64,000 nucleotides of DNA from Aulosira sp. ZfuVER01 (GTDB taxonomy: Bacteria > Cyanobacteriota > Cyanobacteriia > Cyanobacteriales > Nostocaceae): NCBI GenBank assembly GCA_034530615.2, contig JAVRCV020000049.1, positions 128,001-192,000 of the forward strand, given 5' to 3'. Below the pieces are notes generated by a model. It saw nothing but the letters and a program-made list of their open reading frames with translations, did no database searches and was not told where the DNA came from. A program made the position numbers and the translations under genes. Positions 10,782-21,234 of this stretch are shown piece after piece (within the stretch, counting starts at the first letter, position 1; each line of letters begins with the position of its first letter).

Positions 10782-11909
10782 TTAAACTTTGAAAAACCAG
10801 CGTTGGCGATACATAATTACTGCAACTAACCACCAAAATAATACGGTGACAAGGGCAAACAAGAATGAACCGTTGAAGGTTCCAGCCCAAGAAGCAAAAA
10901 CATTCTGGTAAATCCAATCGTAAGTGCTGGGGGCTTTTTCACCAGTACCGATATTGGTTTTCACTAAGATTTTAATTAGTAAAACAGAAGCAACGAAAAG
11001 AGCGATCGCATTTAAGCCCATGATTTCAAATGGTTTACCCCAGCGCTTTATCCGCCGAACTTCGATGAGTTCGTAACAAGCGGCTAATAATAGTAACGCC
11101 CATCCACTGGTAAACACAACATAGGAACTCGTCCAGATTTTTTTGTTGATGGGAAATGTCCAGCCCCACGCCCAACCAATAATTAAGCAACCGATACCAA
11201 ATAAAGCTAAACCAATACTTGTGCGCGATTGCACTGGCTGAGAACGTATCCATTGTCCTGAGAAATAACCAGCTAGGACGCTGACAATAGCGGGAATTGT
11301 GCTGAAAAGTCCCTCTGGATCTCCCATCAAGTTGAAACCATCGCCCTTATACAGATGTGCTTGCGGTATGATCGAGCGATCGATATATGCACCGAAGTTA
11401 CCTTCCCTTGTCAATACGCCAGCACCATAACCAGGTACAGGTATATACATCATTGCTAACCAATAGCCGATGAGTAGCACGCCTGCTAATATCCATTGCC
11501 CTTTACGCGGTAACTTGAGGACTGTTAAGGAAGCAAATAGGTAAGCCAGACTAATCCTTTGTAACACCCCCATAATGCGGATGCTGCTCAAGTCAAAAGT
11601 CCAAATACCTTTATTCCAAAAACCATTTAGCAGCAAACCTAAAGCAAAGAGAATCGCCGCACGGCGCAAAATTCGCCAGTAAACAGCTGATTGAGGTTTT
11701 TCTCCTTCGGTGTACTTTGACAGTGAGAAAGTCATTGCCACACCGATAATGAATAGGAAGAAAGGAAATACTAAGTCAGTTGGTGTACAACCATGCCAAT
11801 CGGCATGAGCTAAGGGAGGATATACATCATCTGCGACTCCCGCCATATTAACGAGAATCATGCCAGCAATGGTAATACCTCGAAAAACATCAAGTGAGGT
11901 CAGACGCAT
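10782..11909 (-). CDS. Heparan-alpha-glucosaminide N-acetyltransferase-like (NagX/DUF5009) membrane protein
   Basis: RL.SLDVFRG.TI..MILVN, HA.WHG.TPTDLVFPFFLF, GVLQRI, DPEGL.ST, PINKK.WTSSY. Confidence 0.9.
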   Translation of the reverse strand: MRLTSLDVFRGITIAGMILVNMAGVADDVYPPLAHADWHGCTPTDLVFPFFLFIIGVAMTFSLSKYTEGEKPQSAVYWRILRRAAILFALGLLLNGFWNKGIWTFDLSSIRIMGVLQRISLAYLFASLTVLKLPRKGQWILAGVLLIGYWLAMMYIPVPGYGAGVLTREGNFGAYIDRSIIPQAHLYKGDGFNLMGDPEGLFSTIPAIVSVLAGYFSGQWIRSQPVQSRTSIGLALFGIGCLIIGWAWGWTFPINKKIWTSSYVVFTSGWALLLLAACYELIEVRRIKRWGKPFEIMGLNAIALFVASVLLIKILVKTNIGTGEKAPSTYDWIYQNVFASWAGTFNGSFLFALVTVLFWWLVAVIMYRQRWFFKV

Positions 11910-12017
11910 AGCAGAAATTTATCTTGGAAATATCTAACATTACTCCTGCTGTTGCAGACGAGCAAGGAAATTTTTTAGCCCAACATACAAGTTAAAATTT
12001 TGTAAAGTTTACAATCT

Positions 12018-13958
12018 TCAACGATTAGGGTACACATGGCGCATTTCAAAACGACTCTGTTCCCAAAGTGGTAGCAATGCTTGCTTTGCTGCGTTCATCT
12101 GAGGTTGTGAGCAGTTAATTTTTCCCTTTTCTATAATCCAGATAAATATCCGAGTTAATAAATCTGCATTCAAACTTGTTTCGTATTCGTCATTATTTAT
12201 TCTCTTAACTTGTTCATCTAAGCAACTGACAACATTTTTAAAATTTACCGACTTCCTATATATTGAGTTGCCTTTATCACTTTTATCTTGTCCATTCTGC
12301 CAATAAATTCTAGATAAATTTCCCATAATATAATCCATACCATCTATGGCAGAGTCAGTATTTCTGACTAAATCTGTAAATGCTCTATAATATGAGCGCA
12401 AAAGCACAGCAGCAATATTTTCTATATATAGATTTAGCCAAGACTGAATATCTCGTAAATAGGGTAATAAATCTTTGATATCATCAATTTCTTTTAAGGA
12501 TGGGCGCTCATATTGATTAGCTTTGATGGCTGCTAGTAATTCCTCTTCAGATAATTGAGTCTGCTGTGAGTAATAATCAATAACTTTAGGAATATACTTT
12601 TCTAATAACCACTGTTTAGTATATCTAGCCGTCCAGGTTCCAAGCGGGCCAATATCTTGCTGCCAGGAAGTCAGCGACTTTTTTTCTAGGGATTTTAGAT
12701 GAACTTCATTTATCTCATAAATAAGGCTAATTTGATTATTGACTAATAGAGAGGAATGACTGCTGATTTTAGGTACAATAAATGCGCTATCGCGAATGCC
12801 CCGACTGAGGCGAATTGAGAAATTTTCTTGATGAAACAAATGCCATTCTGTTTTACCTTTAGCATAATCAAATTCATGAGCAAATTTATACATTAGCTCC
12901 CACAATCCTGAATCTACATCAAAAAGCTGAAAGCCGCGAATACCTGAAAATTCTACAAATTCAAATTCCCATGTTTGTAAATTATTCTCAAAATCTATAA
13001 TTGAATTCTTGTATTGCTGGCAAATTTCATCAATGCATAAACATAAGTCTATCGTTTCTACTTCAGATAAAATTAGTATGGTTTGCCCTAAATAAGCCTC
13101 AAATGCATTTTTTTCTACCTGTTTTATAAAAGGACGACATTTCCAATGGGGCTGAGTGTTCATTCCTGTCATGAAACAGCCTAAAATATTTTGATGATTT
13201 ATACTAATTCTTATGCCTCTAAAAACAATGTTACTAAATTCTATTTCACAATTACCGCGACCAAGTGCTTGAGGTAGATTACATTTAATTGCTACTTTAG
13301 GTTTAACAACAATCAAATGATTTCCATCTCTTGTAATCTCTGGTTGAAAATCAAATTTTGTTAATAAGTTTTGCAAATGTGGATCGCGTCTGAGAAATTT
13401 CTCCAATAATACATGATGATTAAAATTTAATAAATTATTTGTATTCTTATTGAGGGATTTTACATAATGAAAATTAAGAGATTGATAAAAATTTGCAGCA
13501 AATTCTTGATTTTTTAAAATATCGACACTTGTATCAAATAAAGAATATTCTCGACGGTAGCGCCAGCATTGCAAAACCTGAACATGATATCCATTGGTAA
13601 CTATAAAAAAGAATGGTCTTAAATGAATGCTGTATAACCTCAATTGCGCAATTACTGGAGAGAAATTACTGTGATGGGGTTGTTGGGCTGCAACCATTAC
13701 CAGTGATGTATCTGCATTCTGTTGTGCAAAATTATCTGTAGCAAAATAAACTTGATCGACTTCTAGTTTTGTACTCCCGTTTTCTGGTTGATATCCATGC
13801 ACAATAAATTTACTCTGGCGACATCTTTCTGGATATCTGAGATACCGAAACATCGGTAAAATAAAGTTAGTTTCTACATCATCTATATTTTGTAAAATGC
13901 GATAGTCAAAACCTTGTATCCATTTGATAAATTGTTGAATTGGCTCGGAATCTGACAT
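12018..13958 (-). CDS. Hypothetical protein with degenerate HsdR_N-like (PD-(D/E)XK) N-terminal domain
   Basis: DDVETNFILPMFRYLRY...EVDQVYF...SLVMVAAQ...FFIVTNG resembles HsdR_N; C-terminal ~450 aa not recognised. Confidence 0.6.
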   Translation of the reverse strand: MSDSEPIQQFIKWIQGFDYRILQNIDDVETNFILPMFRYLRYPERCRQSKFIVHGYQPENGSTKLEVDQVYFATDNFAQQNADTSLVMVAAQQPHHSNFSPVIAQLRLYSIHLRPFFFIVTNGYHVQVLQCWRYRREYSLFDTSVDILKNQEFAANFYQSLNFHYVKSLNKNTNNLLNFNHHVLLEKFLRRDPHLQNLLTKFDFQPEITRDGNHLIVVKPKVAIKCNLPQALGRGNCEIEFSNIVFRGIRISINHQNILGCFMTGMNTQPHWKCRPFIKQVEKNAFEAYLGQTILILSEVETIDLCLCIDEICQQYKNSIIDFENNLQTWEFEFVEFSGIRGFQLFDVDSGLWELMYKFAHEFDYAKGKTEWHLFHQENFSIRLSRGIRDSAFIVPKISSHSSLLVNNQISLIYEINEVHLKSLEKKSLTSWQQDIGPLGTWTARYTKQWLLEKYIPKVIDYYSQQTQLSEEELLAAIKANQYERPSLKEIDDIKDLLPYLRDIQSWLNLYIENIAAVLLRSYYRAFTDLVRNTDSAIDGMDYIMGNLSRIYWQNGQDKSDKGNSIYRKSVNFKNVVSCLDEQVKRINNDEYETSLNADLLTRIFIWIIEKGKINCSQPQMNAAKQALLPLWEQSRFEMRHVYPNR

Positions 13959-14340
13959 TTAATAATTTACTTGAAGAGATGTTTTCTAATTAGCAATTTA
14001 TCAAGTCAGTTGGAATGGTGCAGTGATGTCCAATACTCTTCAGGAGTTCTGAGTAAAACAAAGCACAATAATCTGATGCGCGTCTAGGGGGATTCCTTCT
14101 ACCCTCTACCTTATTACTTCTGCCTTCTTAAAACTCAGCACTCCACAAGTGAGGTAATACTACTACTTGAGAAAGACGTGAAGACCGATCCAGCTATTTA
14201 CCACCCTCTTCTTACAATGATTTTATAAAGACAAATTTGATTCTCTTTGCCATGAACACTTCGCTAGGGCGGATAGACCGTCTTGCGAGTGTTAGTTATC
14301 CCTATCCTCTCTGTGTCTGGAGTGGTTTCTCCACAAGCCT

Positions 14341-16959
14341 ATGCAACCCACTAACCCAAACCAATTTACAGAAAAAGCCTGGGAAGCGATCGCCCATACC
14401 CCGGATATTGTTAAACAATATCAACAACAACAGATAGAAAGCGAACACCTGATGAAAGCCCTGCTAGAACAAGAAGGTCTAGCCAGCGGGATTTTGACAA
14501 AAGCGGGTGTGAATTTGCAAAAAGTCCGCGATCGCGCCGAACAATTTATTCAGCGTCAGCCTAAAGTATCTGGTAGCAGCACTTCTGTTTACTTAGGACG
14601 CAGCTTAGATACGCTTTTAGACCGGGCGGACGCTTATCGTAAGGAATTTAAAGACGAATATATTTCAATTGAGCATTTATTGCTCGCTTATGCCAAAGAT
14701 GACCGCTTTGGTAAAGCTTTATTCCAAGAATTTGGTTTAGACGAAAGCAAACTAAAAAATATTATTAAACAAATTCGGGGGAACCAGACAGTGACCGACC
14801 AAAATCCAGAAGGTAAATACCAATCGCTGGAAAAATATGGGCGTGATCTCACAGAAGCCGCCCGTAAAGGTCAACTCGATCCGGTGATTGGCCGTGATGA
14901 TGAAATTCGCCGCACCATCCAAATCCTCTCTCGCCGTACCAAGAATAACCCCGTACTCATTGGTGAACCTGGTGTTGGTAAAACTGCGATCGCGGAAGGA
15001 CTAGCACAGCGAATTGTCGCTGGTGATGTCCCCCAATCTCTGAAAGACCGCAAGCTAATCGCCTTGGATATGGGTGCTTTGATTGCTGGCGCGAAATTCC
15101 GGGGTGAATTTGAAGAACGCCTGAAAGCAGTATTAAAAGAAGTAACCGAATCCGGCGGCAATATTGTTCTATTTATTGATGAAATTCATACCGTTGTCGG
15201 TGCTGGTGCAACCCAAGGCGCAATGGACGCGGGTAATTTATTAAAACCCATGTTAGCCAGAGGCGAGTTGCGGTGTATTGGGGCGACAACATTGGATGAA
15301 TACCGTAAATATATAGAGAAAGATGCAGCTTTAGAAAGACGCTTCCAACAAGTTTATGTAGATCAGCCCAGCGTGGTAGATACAATCTCCATCTTACGGG
15401 GGTTGAAAGAACGGTATGAAGTTCACCACGGGGTGAGGATTTCTGATAGTGCTTTAGTCGCCGCAGCCACATTATCCAGTCGTTATATTAGCGATCGCTT
15501 TTTACCAGATAAAGCCATCGACTTAGTAGACGAAGCCGCCGCTAGGCTGAAAATGGAGATTACCTCCAAACCAGAAGAACTTGACGAAATCGATCGCAAG
15601 ATTCTGCAACTGGAAATGGAGAAGCTGTCTTTGCAAAAAGAAAGCGACTTAGGTTCCCGTGAACGCTTAGAAAGACTGGAAAAAGAACTGGCAGATCTCA
15701 AAGAAGAACAAAGAACCCTGAACGCCCAATGGCAATCGGAAAAAGATGTCATCACCAAAATTCAGGCTGTCAAAGAAGAAATTGACCGAGTTAACCTAGA
15801 AATTCAGCAAGCAGAACGGAATTACGACCTCAACCGGGCTGCAGAGTTGAAATACGGCAAATTAACCGATTTACATCGTAAGTTGGAAGCCGCCGAAAGT
15901 GAACTGACACGCGCCCAAGGTACAGGAAAATCACTGCTACGGGAGGAAGTCACCGAAGCCGACATTGCGGAAATCATTTCTAAGTGGACAGGAATTCCCA
16001 TCAGTAAGTTAGTGGAATCGGAAAAAGAAAAACTACTGCACCTAGAAGACGAACTGCACCGCCGCGTCATTGGCCAAGATGAAGCCGTCACCGCCGTAGC
16101 CGATGCCATTCAGCGATCGCGTGCTGGATTAGCCGATCCCAACCGTCCAATTGCTAGCTTTATTTTCCTCGGTCCCACAGGTGTGGGTAAAACCGAGTTG
16201 GCAAAAGCCCTAGCAGCATATATGTTCGACACTGAAGAAGCATTAGTGCGAATTGATATGTCTGAGTACATGGAGAAACACACTGTTTCGCGCTTAATTG
16301 GTGCGCCTCCGGGATATGTTGGCTACGAAGAAGGCGGACAACTCACAGAAGCAATTCGCCGTCGTCCTTATGCAGTGATTCTCTTTGACGAAATTGAGAA
16401 AGCACACCCAGATGTGTTTAATATCTTCCTGCAAATTCTTGATGATGGTCGCGTCACCGATGCCCAAGGTCATACGGTAGATTTCAAAAATGCGATTATT
16501 ATCATGACCAGCAACATTGGTTCCCAATACATTCTCGATGTCGCTGGAGACGATCTGCGCTATGACGAAATGCGCCATCGGGTATTGGAAGCGATGCGCA
16601 ATAGCTTCCGTCCCGAATTCCTCAATCGGGTTGACGAATTTATTATCTTCCACAGCTTGCAGAAGCGAGAATTGCGGCAAATTGTACTTTTACAAGCAGA
16701 TAGACTGCGCCAAAGACTTAGCGATCGCAAGATGTCCCTCAGATTGTCGGATGCTGCCCTTGACTTTCTAGCCGAAGTTGGATACGATCCCGTGTTTGGA
16801 GCGCGTCCTCTGAAGCGAGCGATTCAACGAGAATTAGAAACTCAGATTGCTAAAGCTATCTTGCGCGGCGAATTTCATGACGGCGACTGTATCTTTGTAG
16901 ATGTGCAAAATGAACGCCTTTTCTTCAGCCGTTTGCCTGTTGAGGTGTTTACTAGCTAA
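14341..16959 (+). CDS. clpB: ATP-dependent chaperone ClpB
   Basis: Two AAA modules ([16 protein letters not shown]), long coiled-coil middle domain, [16 protein letters not shown]. Confidence 0.98.
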   Translation: MQPTNPNQFTEKAWEAIAHTPDIVKQYQQQQIESEHLMKALLEQEGLASGILTKAGVNLQKVRDRAEQFIQRQPKVSGSSTSVYLGRSLDTLLDRADAYRKEFKDEYISIEHLLLAYAKDDRFGKALFQEFGLDESKLKNIIKQIRGNQTVTDQNPEGKYQSLEKYGRDLTEAARKGQLDPVIGRDDEIRRTIQILSRRTKNNPVLIGEPGVGKTAIAEGLAQRIVAGDVPQSLKDRKLIALDMGALIAGAKFRGEFEERLKAVLKEVTESGGNIVLFIDEIHTVVGAGATQGAMDAGNLLKPMLARGELRCIGATTLDEYRKYIEKDAALERRFQQVYVDQPSVVDTISILRGLKERYEVHHGVRISDSALVAAATLSSRYISDRFLPDKAIDLVDEAAARLKMEITSKPEELDEIDRKILQLEMEKLSLQKESDLGSRERLERLEKELADLKEEQRTLNAQWQSEKDVITKIQAVKEEIDRVNLEIQQAERNYDLNRAAELKYGKLTDLHRKLEAAESELTRAQGTGKSLLREEVTEADIAEIISKWTGIPISKLVESEKEKLLHLEDELHRRVIGQDEAVTAVADAIQRSRAGLADPNRPIASFIFLGPTGVGKTELAKALAAYMFDTEEALVRIDMSEYMEKHTVSRLIGAPPGYVGYEEGGQLTEAIRRRPYAVILFDEIEKAHPDVFNIFLQILDDGRVTDAQGHTVDFKNAIIIMTSNIGSQYILDVAGDDLRYDEMRHRVLEAMRNSFRPEFLNRVDEFIIFHSLQKRELRQIVLLQADRLRQRLSDRKMSLRLSDAALDFLAEVGYDPVFGARPLKRAIQRELETQIAKAILRGEFHDGDCIFVDVQNERLFFSRLPVEVFTS

Positions 16960-16987
16960 TCTGGTTATCTATAACCTTAATACAAAG

Positions 16988-17020
16988 ATGCCAAGAGACT
17001 ACAAAGTTCTTGGCATTTTT
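16988..17020 (+). terminator. Intrinsic terminator after clpB
   Basis: ATGCCAAGA...TCTTGGCAT stem followed by TTTT. Confidence 0.75.
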
Positions 17021-17054
17021 GTACGTAACCACTTATACCAATTTCCCAAAAACC

Positions 17055-17119
17055 TGATACATAGAGATTTTTCGTAGAGGTTTAAGCAATGCTAAACTCC
17101 TACCCGGATATTTGTATCA
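17055..17119. repeat. REP-like GTAG palindrome inside a short outer inverted repeat
   Basis: GTAGAGGTTTAAGCAATGCTAAACTCCTAC (17074-17103) flanked by TGATACA/TGTATCA. Confidence 0.6.
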
Positions 17120-17483
17120 TTATTAACCTGTAAATTTATTACGAGTAGTGATCGCTATTCAGTTGTTCTTGCAATATCTATATTTTGATACTACTTAATT
17201 ATTACCGAGGTATGAACTTAATAGAATTATCTTTTTTGTCAAGAATATTCTACCGTAGTAGATAAAAATAAATTACAATATATTCTTTATAATCATCCTT
17301 TTAATAGTTGACTATTTATCTATATTTATGCATTTCAAATTCAAGCCACCATAGCTTTTACAGAATTTTCTTATAAAACGAACCAAGCTTATTCAAAGCT
17401 AAAATATGCAACCCGGAATTAGATTTGTTTGTTATGTAGTTGTGAGTAGATTAAATAATTTTCATCAGAGGAGCAGATATTTT

Positions 17484-17738
17484 ATGTCGCTACAACAGGT
17501 TACAGCTTTTTATGAACTTCTCACATCAGAGCCAGCAATTTACGATCAATATTGTAAAAAGTGCTGTACTCAAGGATTTTTTGGCAGTTACCATTGGGAT
17601 AAAACAAAAATTGTAAGATTTGCTGCTACGCATGGCTATAACTTCAATGAAACTGAGCTAGATCTAGTATGGTTTGAGGGCGAATCCAGTTTTACAGAAA
17701 ATTATCTGAATCTAGCAAAATCTGGGAATTTTTCTTGA
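17484..17738 (+). CDS. Nif11-like leader domain protein
   Basis: MS.QQV.AFYE.L...; KIVRFAA.HGYNF.E.EL; GAGGAG RBS upstream of ATG 17484. Confidence 0.7.
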   Translation: MSLQQVTAFYELLTSEPAIYDQYCKKCCTQGFFGSYHWDKTKIVRFAATHGYNFNETELDLVWFEGESSFTENYLNLAKSGNFS

Positions 17739-17899
17739 GAATCAGAAATATACATAGAACAAATTTTACTCTTACTCAAGAAGGCATTTCGTTCTTCTAT
17801 TCTCAGCACAGATAACTTTTGCAAGCATTATGAAAAGCTGAATAATAATCTCTAATGAATATCGCTTAATCTAGCTCTCACAGGAGGGCTTAGTTTGTA

Positions 17900-17961
17900 T
17901 AGCGATACCCTAAAAGGGTATCGCTACAAAATAAAGACGCTTTCCGATTAGAAAGCGTCTT
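17900..17961. terminator. Two tandem hairpins between convergent genes
   Basis: TAGCGATACCC/GGGTATCGCTA (17900-17926) and AAGACGCTTTC/GAAAGCGTCTT (17934-17961), both perfect 11-bp stems. Confidence 0.7.
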
Positions 17962-17975
17962 GGTTAGAAATTAAA

Positions 17976-18551
17976 CTAAAATGACGAACCGGGCTGCTTT
18001 AAGAATTCTATTTCCTCAGTAGTGCAAGGGCGTCCCAAAATATTATTCCGATGAGGAAAACGCCCAAAACGCTCAATTATTTCCATGTGTTTAAAAGCAG
18101 ACTTAATTGCGCTAGCACTTTCTATATCGTGACTAATTTGCTGAAATAGCTTCACGCAGCGACGCTGATCTTCTAGGTTTTCGCTATGTTCAAAGGGCAA
18201 ATATATAAACCAGCGTTGCACAGGCAAAAATTCACGGTCATATCCTCTGGCTACGGCTTGCTGCGCTGCTGAAAGTGCTTCCCAGTCAGTCGCAAAGGCT
18301 TCGGGAGTCCCACGAAACATATTTCGCGGAAATTGATCGAGAAGCAGAATCAGTGCTAAACAGGTTTCTGGCCAATCTACCCAATCGTCCAAAAATCCTG
18401 CTGCTGCCTTTTGGTAATCTTCCAGAAAGCGATCTGTCAATTCCCGATCAAAATCTGGTGTTTTGTTAAACCAAAAATTCTGAGGTTTGCCGTAACTCGG
18501 TTCATCAGGATGACCAAACCAGAATTCCAAAATCGCTTTTGCCTGTGACAT
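17976..18551 (-). CDS. DUF924 family protein
   Basis: IL.FWFG, LA.I.LLDQFPRN.FR, F.YLPFEHSE, RFGRFPHRN.ILGR. Confidence 0.93.
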   Translation of the reverse strand: MSQAKAILEFWFGHPDEPSYGKPQNFWFNKTPDFDRELTDRFLEDYQKAAAGFLDDWVDWPETCLALILLLDQFPRNMFRGTPEAFATDWEALSAAQQAVARGYDREFLPVQRWFIYLPFEHSENLEDQRRCVKLFQQISHDIESASAIKSAFKHMEIIERFGRFPHRNNILGRPCTTEEIEFLKQPGSSF

Positions 18552-18556
18552 TGCTG

Positions 18557-19114
18557 TTATTGACCCTTACAAAGCACTTGCCGCATTTTACGCATATTCG
18601 CAGGCAATTCAAAGTTCATTGCTTGTTGAATAATAATAGAAGGAATCAAAAGATTGGGTGTAGCTCGCACATTATAAGCAAGTATTGTGCCATTACCGCA
18701 GTCTTTTAGCTCTAAATTGGCTTTAAAGTCCTCAAAAGTCCCTTTTTCCATCTTAAATTGAATTTGCTGCCCCAACACTTCCACCACATTCAAGTAAATT
18801 TCTACTTGAGCTGTGAAAAATAAAAAAGCTTTTTGTGCTGCTTGATACAGACGTTTAACCTCGCCTTTAGACAACACCTCACTTTTAGTAATGTCAGGAA
18901 AATAATGTACCCAACGGGGGTAGTCAGTTAACTGTTGCCATACTTGCGATCGCACTAGTGGCACATACATCCAAGCAGTGACAGCACCACCCCAGGCTGT
19001 GTGTGATTCTGTTTTGACAAAGATTTCACCCTGCATGAGCAATTTTTGCTCGTTTTGGCTCAAAGGCATATCCGAACCTTTAATAATTGAGTCTGAGATA
19101 TAAGACGCAGACAT
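18557..19114 (-). CDS. SRPBCC/polyketide cyclase-dehydrase (START-like) protein
   Basis: VWQQLTDYPRW.HYFPDITKSEVL motif and helix-grip layout. Confidence 0.82.
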   Translation of the reverse strand: MSASYISDSIIKGSDMPLSQNEQKLLMQGEIFVKTESHTAWGGAVTAWMYVPLVRSQVWQQLTDYPRWVHYFPDITKSEVLSKGEVKRLYQAAQKAFLFFTAQVEIYLNVVEVLGQQIQFKMEKGTFEDFKANLELKDCGNGTILAYNVRATPNLLIPSIIIQQAMNFELPANMRKMRQVLCKGQ

Positions 19115-19435
19115 ATTGATTTCAGTTGCTCCTCAAATCAACCACCTTACATGGTTTAAACTCCGAACCATCTGACTGGATCGAGTCCAACCGCTTCAAT
19201 TCTAGTTCCACTCGATCAGATCAAATTTCCGGAAATAGTAATTTCTCGGTAAATATTTAGTGAATATACTTAAAAATATGGACTTATTATGAAAGAAATT
19301 TAAAGAAAAGATTGAGCTAATGTTAGCTGAATCACAATTGGGCTGAAAAACCGAATTTCTAAAAGATAGAATGGCACAAACATCATCAAATATGCAAGTT
19401 GCATTCAGTAAATATTTAGGTCAGAGGCGAAATCA

Positions 19436-19630
19436 GTGAGTCAGTCTTCTTTAAATCGTAGATTAACCCAAATTTTCGGTATCTTACTGGGTATAGGAAT
19501 AGCTGTGTGGCTACTGAGAGGATTCGGTCTTCTCAGTTTTATTCCTGGCGGCATTATTTGGCTATTATTACTAGGAGCGATCGCTGTCGGGATTCTCAGT
19601 TACGTACAAAAGACCTGGTGGCGTTTTTAG
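19436..19630 (+). CDS. Small two-TM membrane protein
   Basis: 64 aa with two hydrophobic segments (LRGFGLLSFIPGGII motif); GAGG upstream of GTG start. Confidence 0.7.
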   Translation: MSQSSLNRRLTQIFGILLGIGIAVWLLRGFGLLSFIPGGIIWLLLLGAIAVGILSYVQKTWWRF

Positions 19631-19646
19631 CGGGGAGCAGGAAGCA

Positions 19647-19731
19647 AGGGGACAAGGGAGACAAGGAAGACAAGGGAGATGAGGGAGATGAGGAAGAAAT
19701 GCCCAATGCCCCATGCCCCATGCCCCATGCC
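19647..19731. repeat. Tandem nonamer (GGAGA[C/T][A/G]AG) and heptamer (ATGCCCC) STRR arrays
   Basis: gacaagggagacaaggaagacaagggagatgagggagatgagg followed by atgcccaatgccccatgccccatgcccc. Confidence 0.8.
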
Positions 19732-19781
19732 ACCACTATATATAGTCAAGCAAAATCAGCAATTCTCTGGGGGAAAGCACA

Positions 19782-19946
19782 ATGGCAAAGTATATATGTA
19801 CTATATGTGGCTATGAATACGATCCAGAAGTAGGCGATCCTGATGGTGGGATAGAACCAGGAACAGCCTTTGAAGATATCCCAGAGGATTGGGTATGTCC
19901 ATCTTGTGGGGCAACAAAAGACGAATTTGAATTAGTAGAAGAGTAA
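19782..19946 (+). CDS. Rubredoxin (54 aa)
   Basis: Manual translation [54 protein letters not shown]: two CxxCG knuckles and classic rubredoxin spacing. Confidence 0.95.
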   Translation: MAKYICTICGYEYDPEVGDPDGGIEPGTAFEDIPEDWVCPSCGATKDEFELVEE

Positions 19947-19995
19947 AGTTAACAGCTAGTCTAGTAAAGTAGGTTCTATTGAGATAGTTCTGAAC

Positions 19996-21234
19996 TTGTT
20001 GCCATTGAAAATTGTTGTGATTGGAGGAGGGGCTGCGGGATTTTTTGGTGCGATCGCTTGTGCTGATGCCAACCCTCATGCCCAAGTTACTTTACTCGAA
20101 GCCAGCCGTCAACCATTAGCGAAAGTTCGCATTTCTGGTGGAGGACGCTGTAATGTCACTCATGCTTGCTTTGAAGCAGAGAGGTTGGTGCAAAATTACC
20201 CTAGAGGTGGCAAAGCCTTATTGGGTGCTTTCACTCGCTTTCAAGCTCAAGATACAGTCGCTTGGTTTGCAGCTCGCGGAGTCCAGCTCAAAACTGAAGC
20301 CGATGGCAGAATGTTTCCCATCACCGATAGTTCAGAAACCATAGTTGACTGTCTGATGAACGCAGCCAAAGCCGCCGGGGTAGAACTTCGTGTTGGTACA
20401 TCCGTAGTAGCAGTAAAACAACAAACCGAGACCACAGGATTTGAGATTGTCCTGAAGTCCGGAGAGATAATAAAGTGCGATCGCTTGTTGCTGGCAACAG
20501 GAAGTAGTCTTGCTGGTTATAAAATCGCCCAAGAGTTAGGTCATCAAATTGAACCACCTGTACCCTCTTTATTTACCTTCAATATTCCCGATCCACAATT
20601 GAGAGCATTGGCTGGGATTAGTGTGAACCCTGTAAAGTTGCGTTTGTCTATTAGTAACAAACCCCTACTAGAACAAACCGGGCCATTGTTAATTACTCAT
20701 TGGGGTTTAAGCGGTCCATCTGTCCTGAAACTTTCCGCTTGGGGGGCCAGAGTTTTACATCAAAGCCGCTATCAGTCTAAATTATTGATTAATTGGCTAC
20801 CCGATTTGCAACAAGAAGAAGTACGGCAAAAAATTTTAGCTGTCAAGACTGAATGGGGAAGGCGGCCAATTGCACTTCATCGCGGAGTTGACTTACCCCA
20901 CCGCCTGTGGCAATACATTCTCACCCGTGTGGGCATAACTACAGAAGAGCGTTGGGCTGGGCTGTCTAACAAAACCTTAAATAGATTGATCGGAGAACTA
21001 ACTCAGGGAGAATACTCAATTGTTGGTAAAGGTGTCTTCAAAGAAGAATTTGTCACCTGCGGAGGTGTGAATCTTAAAGAAATCAACTTCAAAACGATGG
21101 AAAGTAAGTTAGTCTCAGGTTTGTACTTTGCTGGAGAAGTCCTGGATATTGATGGCGTTACTGGCGGCTTTAACTTCCAGAGTGCTTGGACTACTGCCCA
21201 CATAGCTGGTAATGCTATGGGAATTGGCAATTAA
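19996..21234 (+). CDS. HI0933/YhiN/BaiN-family NAD(P)/FAD-dependent flavoprotein
   Basis: IGGGAAG, K.RISGGGRCNVT, LITHWGLSGP, FVT.GGV, GEVLDIDG.TGGFNFQ.AW. Confidence 0.93.
   Translation: MLPLKIVVIGGGAAGFFGAIACADANPHAQVTLLEASRQPLAKVRISGGGRCNVTHACFEAERLVQNYPRGGKALLGAFTRFQAQDTVAWFAARGVQLKTEADGRMFPITDSSETIVDCLMNAAKAAGVELRVGTSVVAVKQQTETTGFEIVLKSGEIIKCDRLLLATGSSLAGYKIAQELGHQIEPPVPSLFTFNIPDPQLRALAGISVNPVKLRLSISNKPLLEQTGPLLITHWGLSGPSVLKLSAWGARVLHQSRYQSKLLINWLPDLQQEEVRQKILAVKTEWGRRPIALHRGVDLPHRLWQYILTRVGITTEERWAGLSNKTLNRLIGELTQGEYSIVGKGVFKEEFVTCGGVNLKEINFKTMESKLVSGLYFAGEVLDIDGVTGGFNFQSAWTTAHIAGNAMGIGN

Noticed and set aside
14871..16771. Several 84-128 aa antisense or alternate-frame ORFs within clpB (similar ones in tkt, fabF, lpxD, pix genes)
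   Set aside because: Fully overlap conserved genes and show no recognisable motifs.
19507..19833. 108-aa ORF with GDKEDK/PMPH repeats
   Set aside because: Read-through of STRR arrays; overlaps the real membrane-protein and rubredoxin genes.
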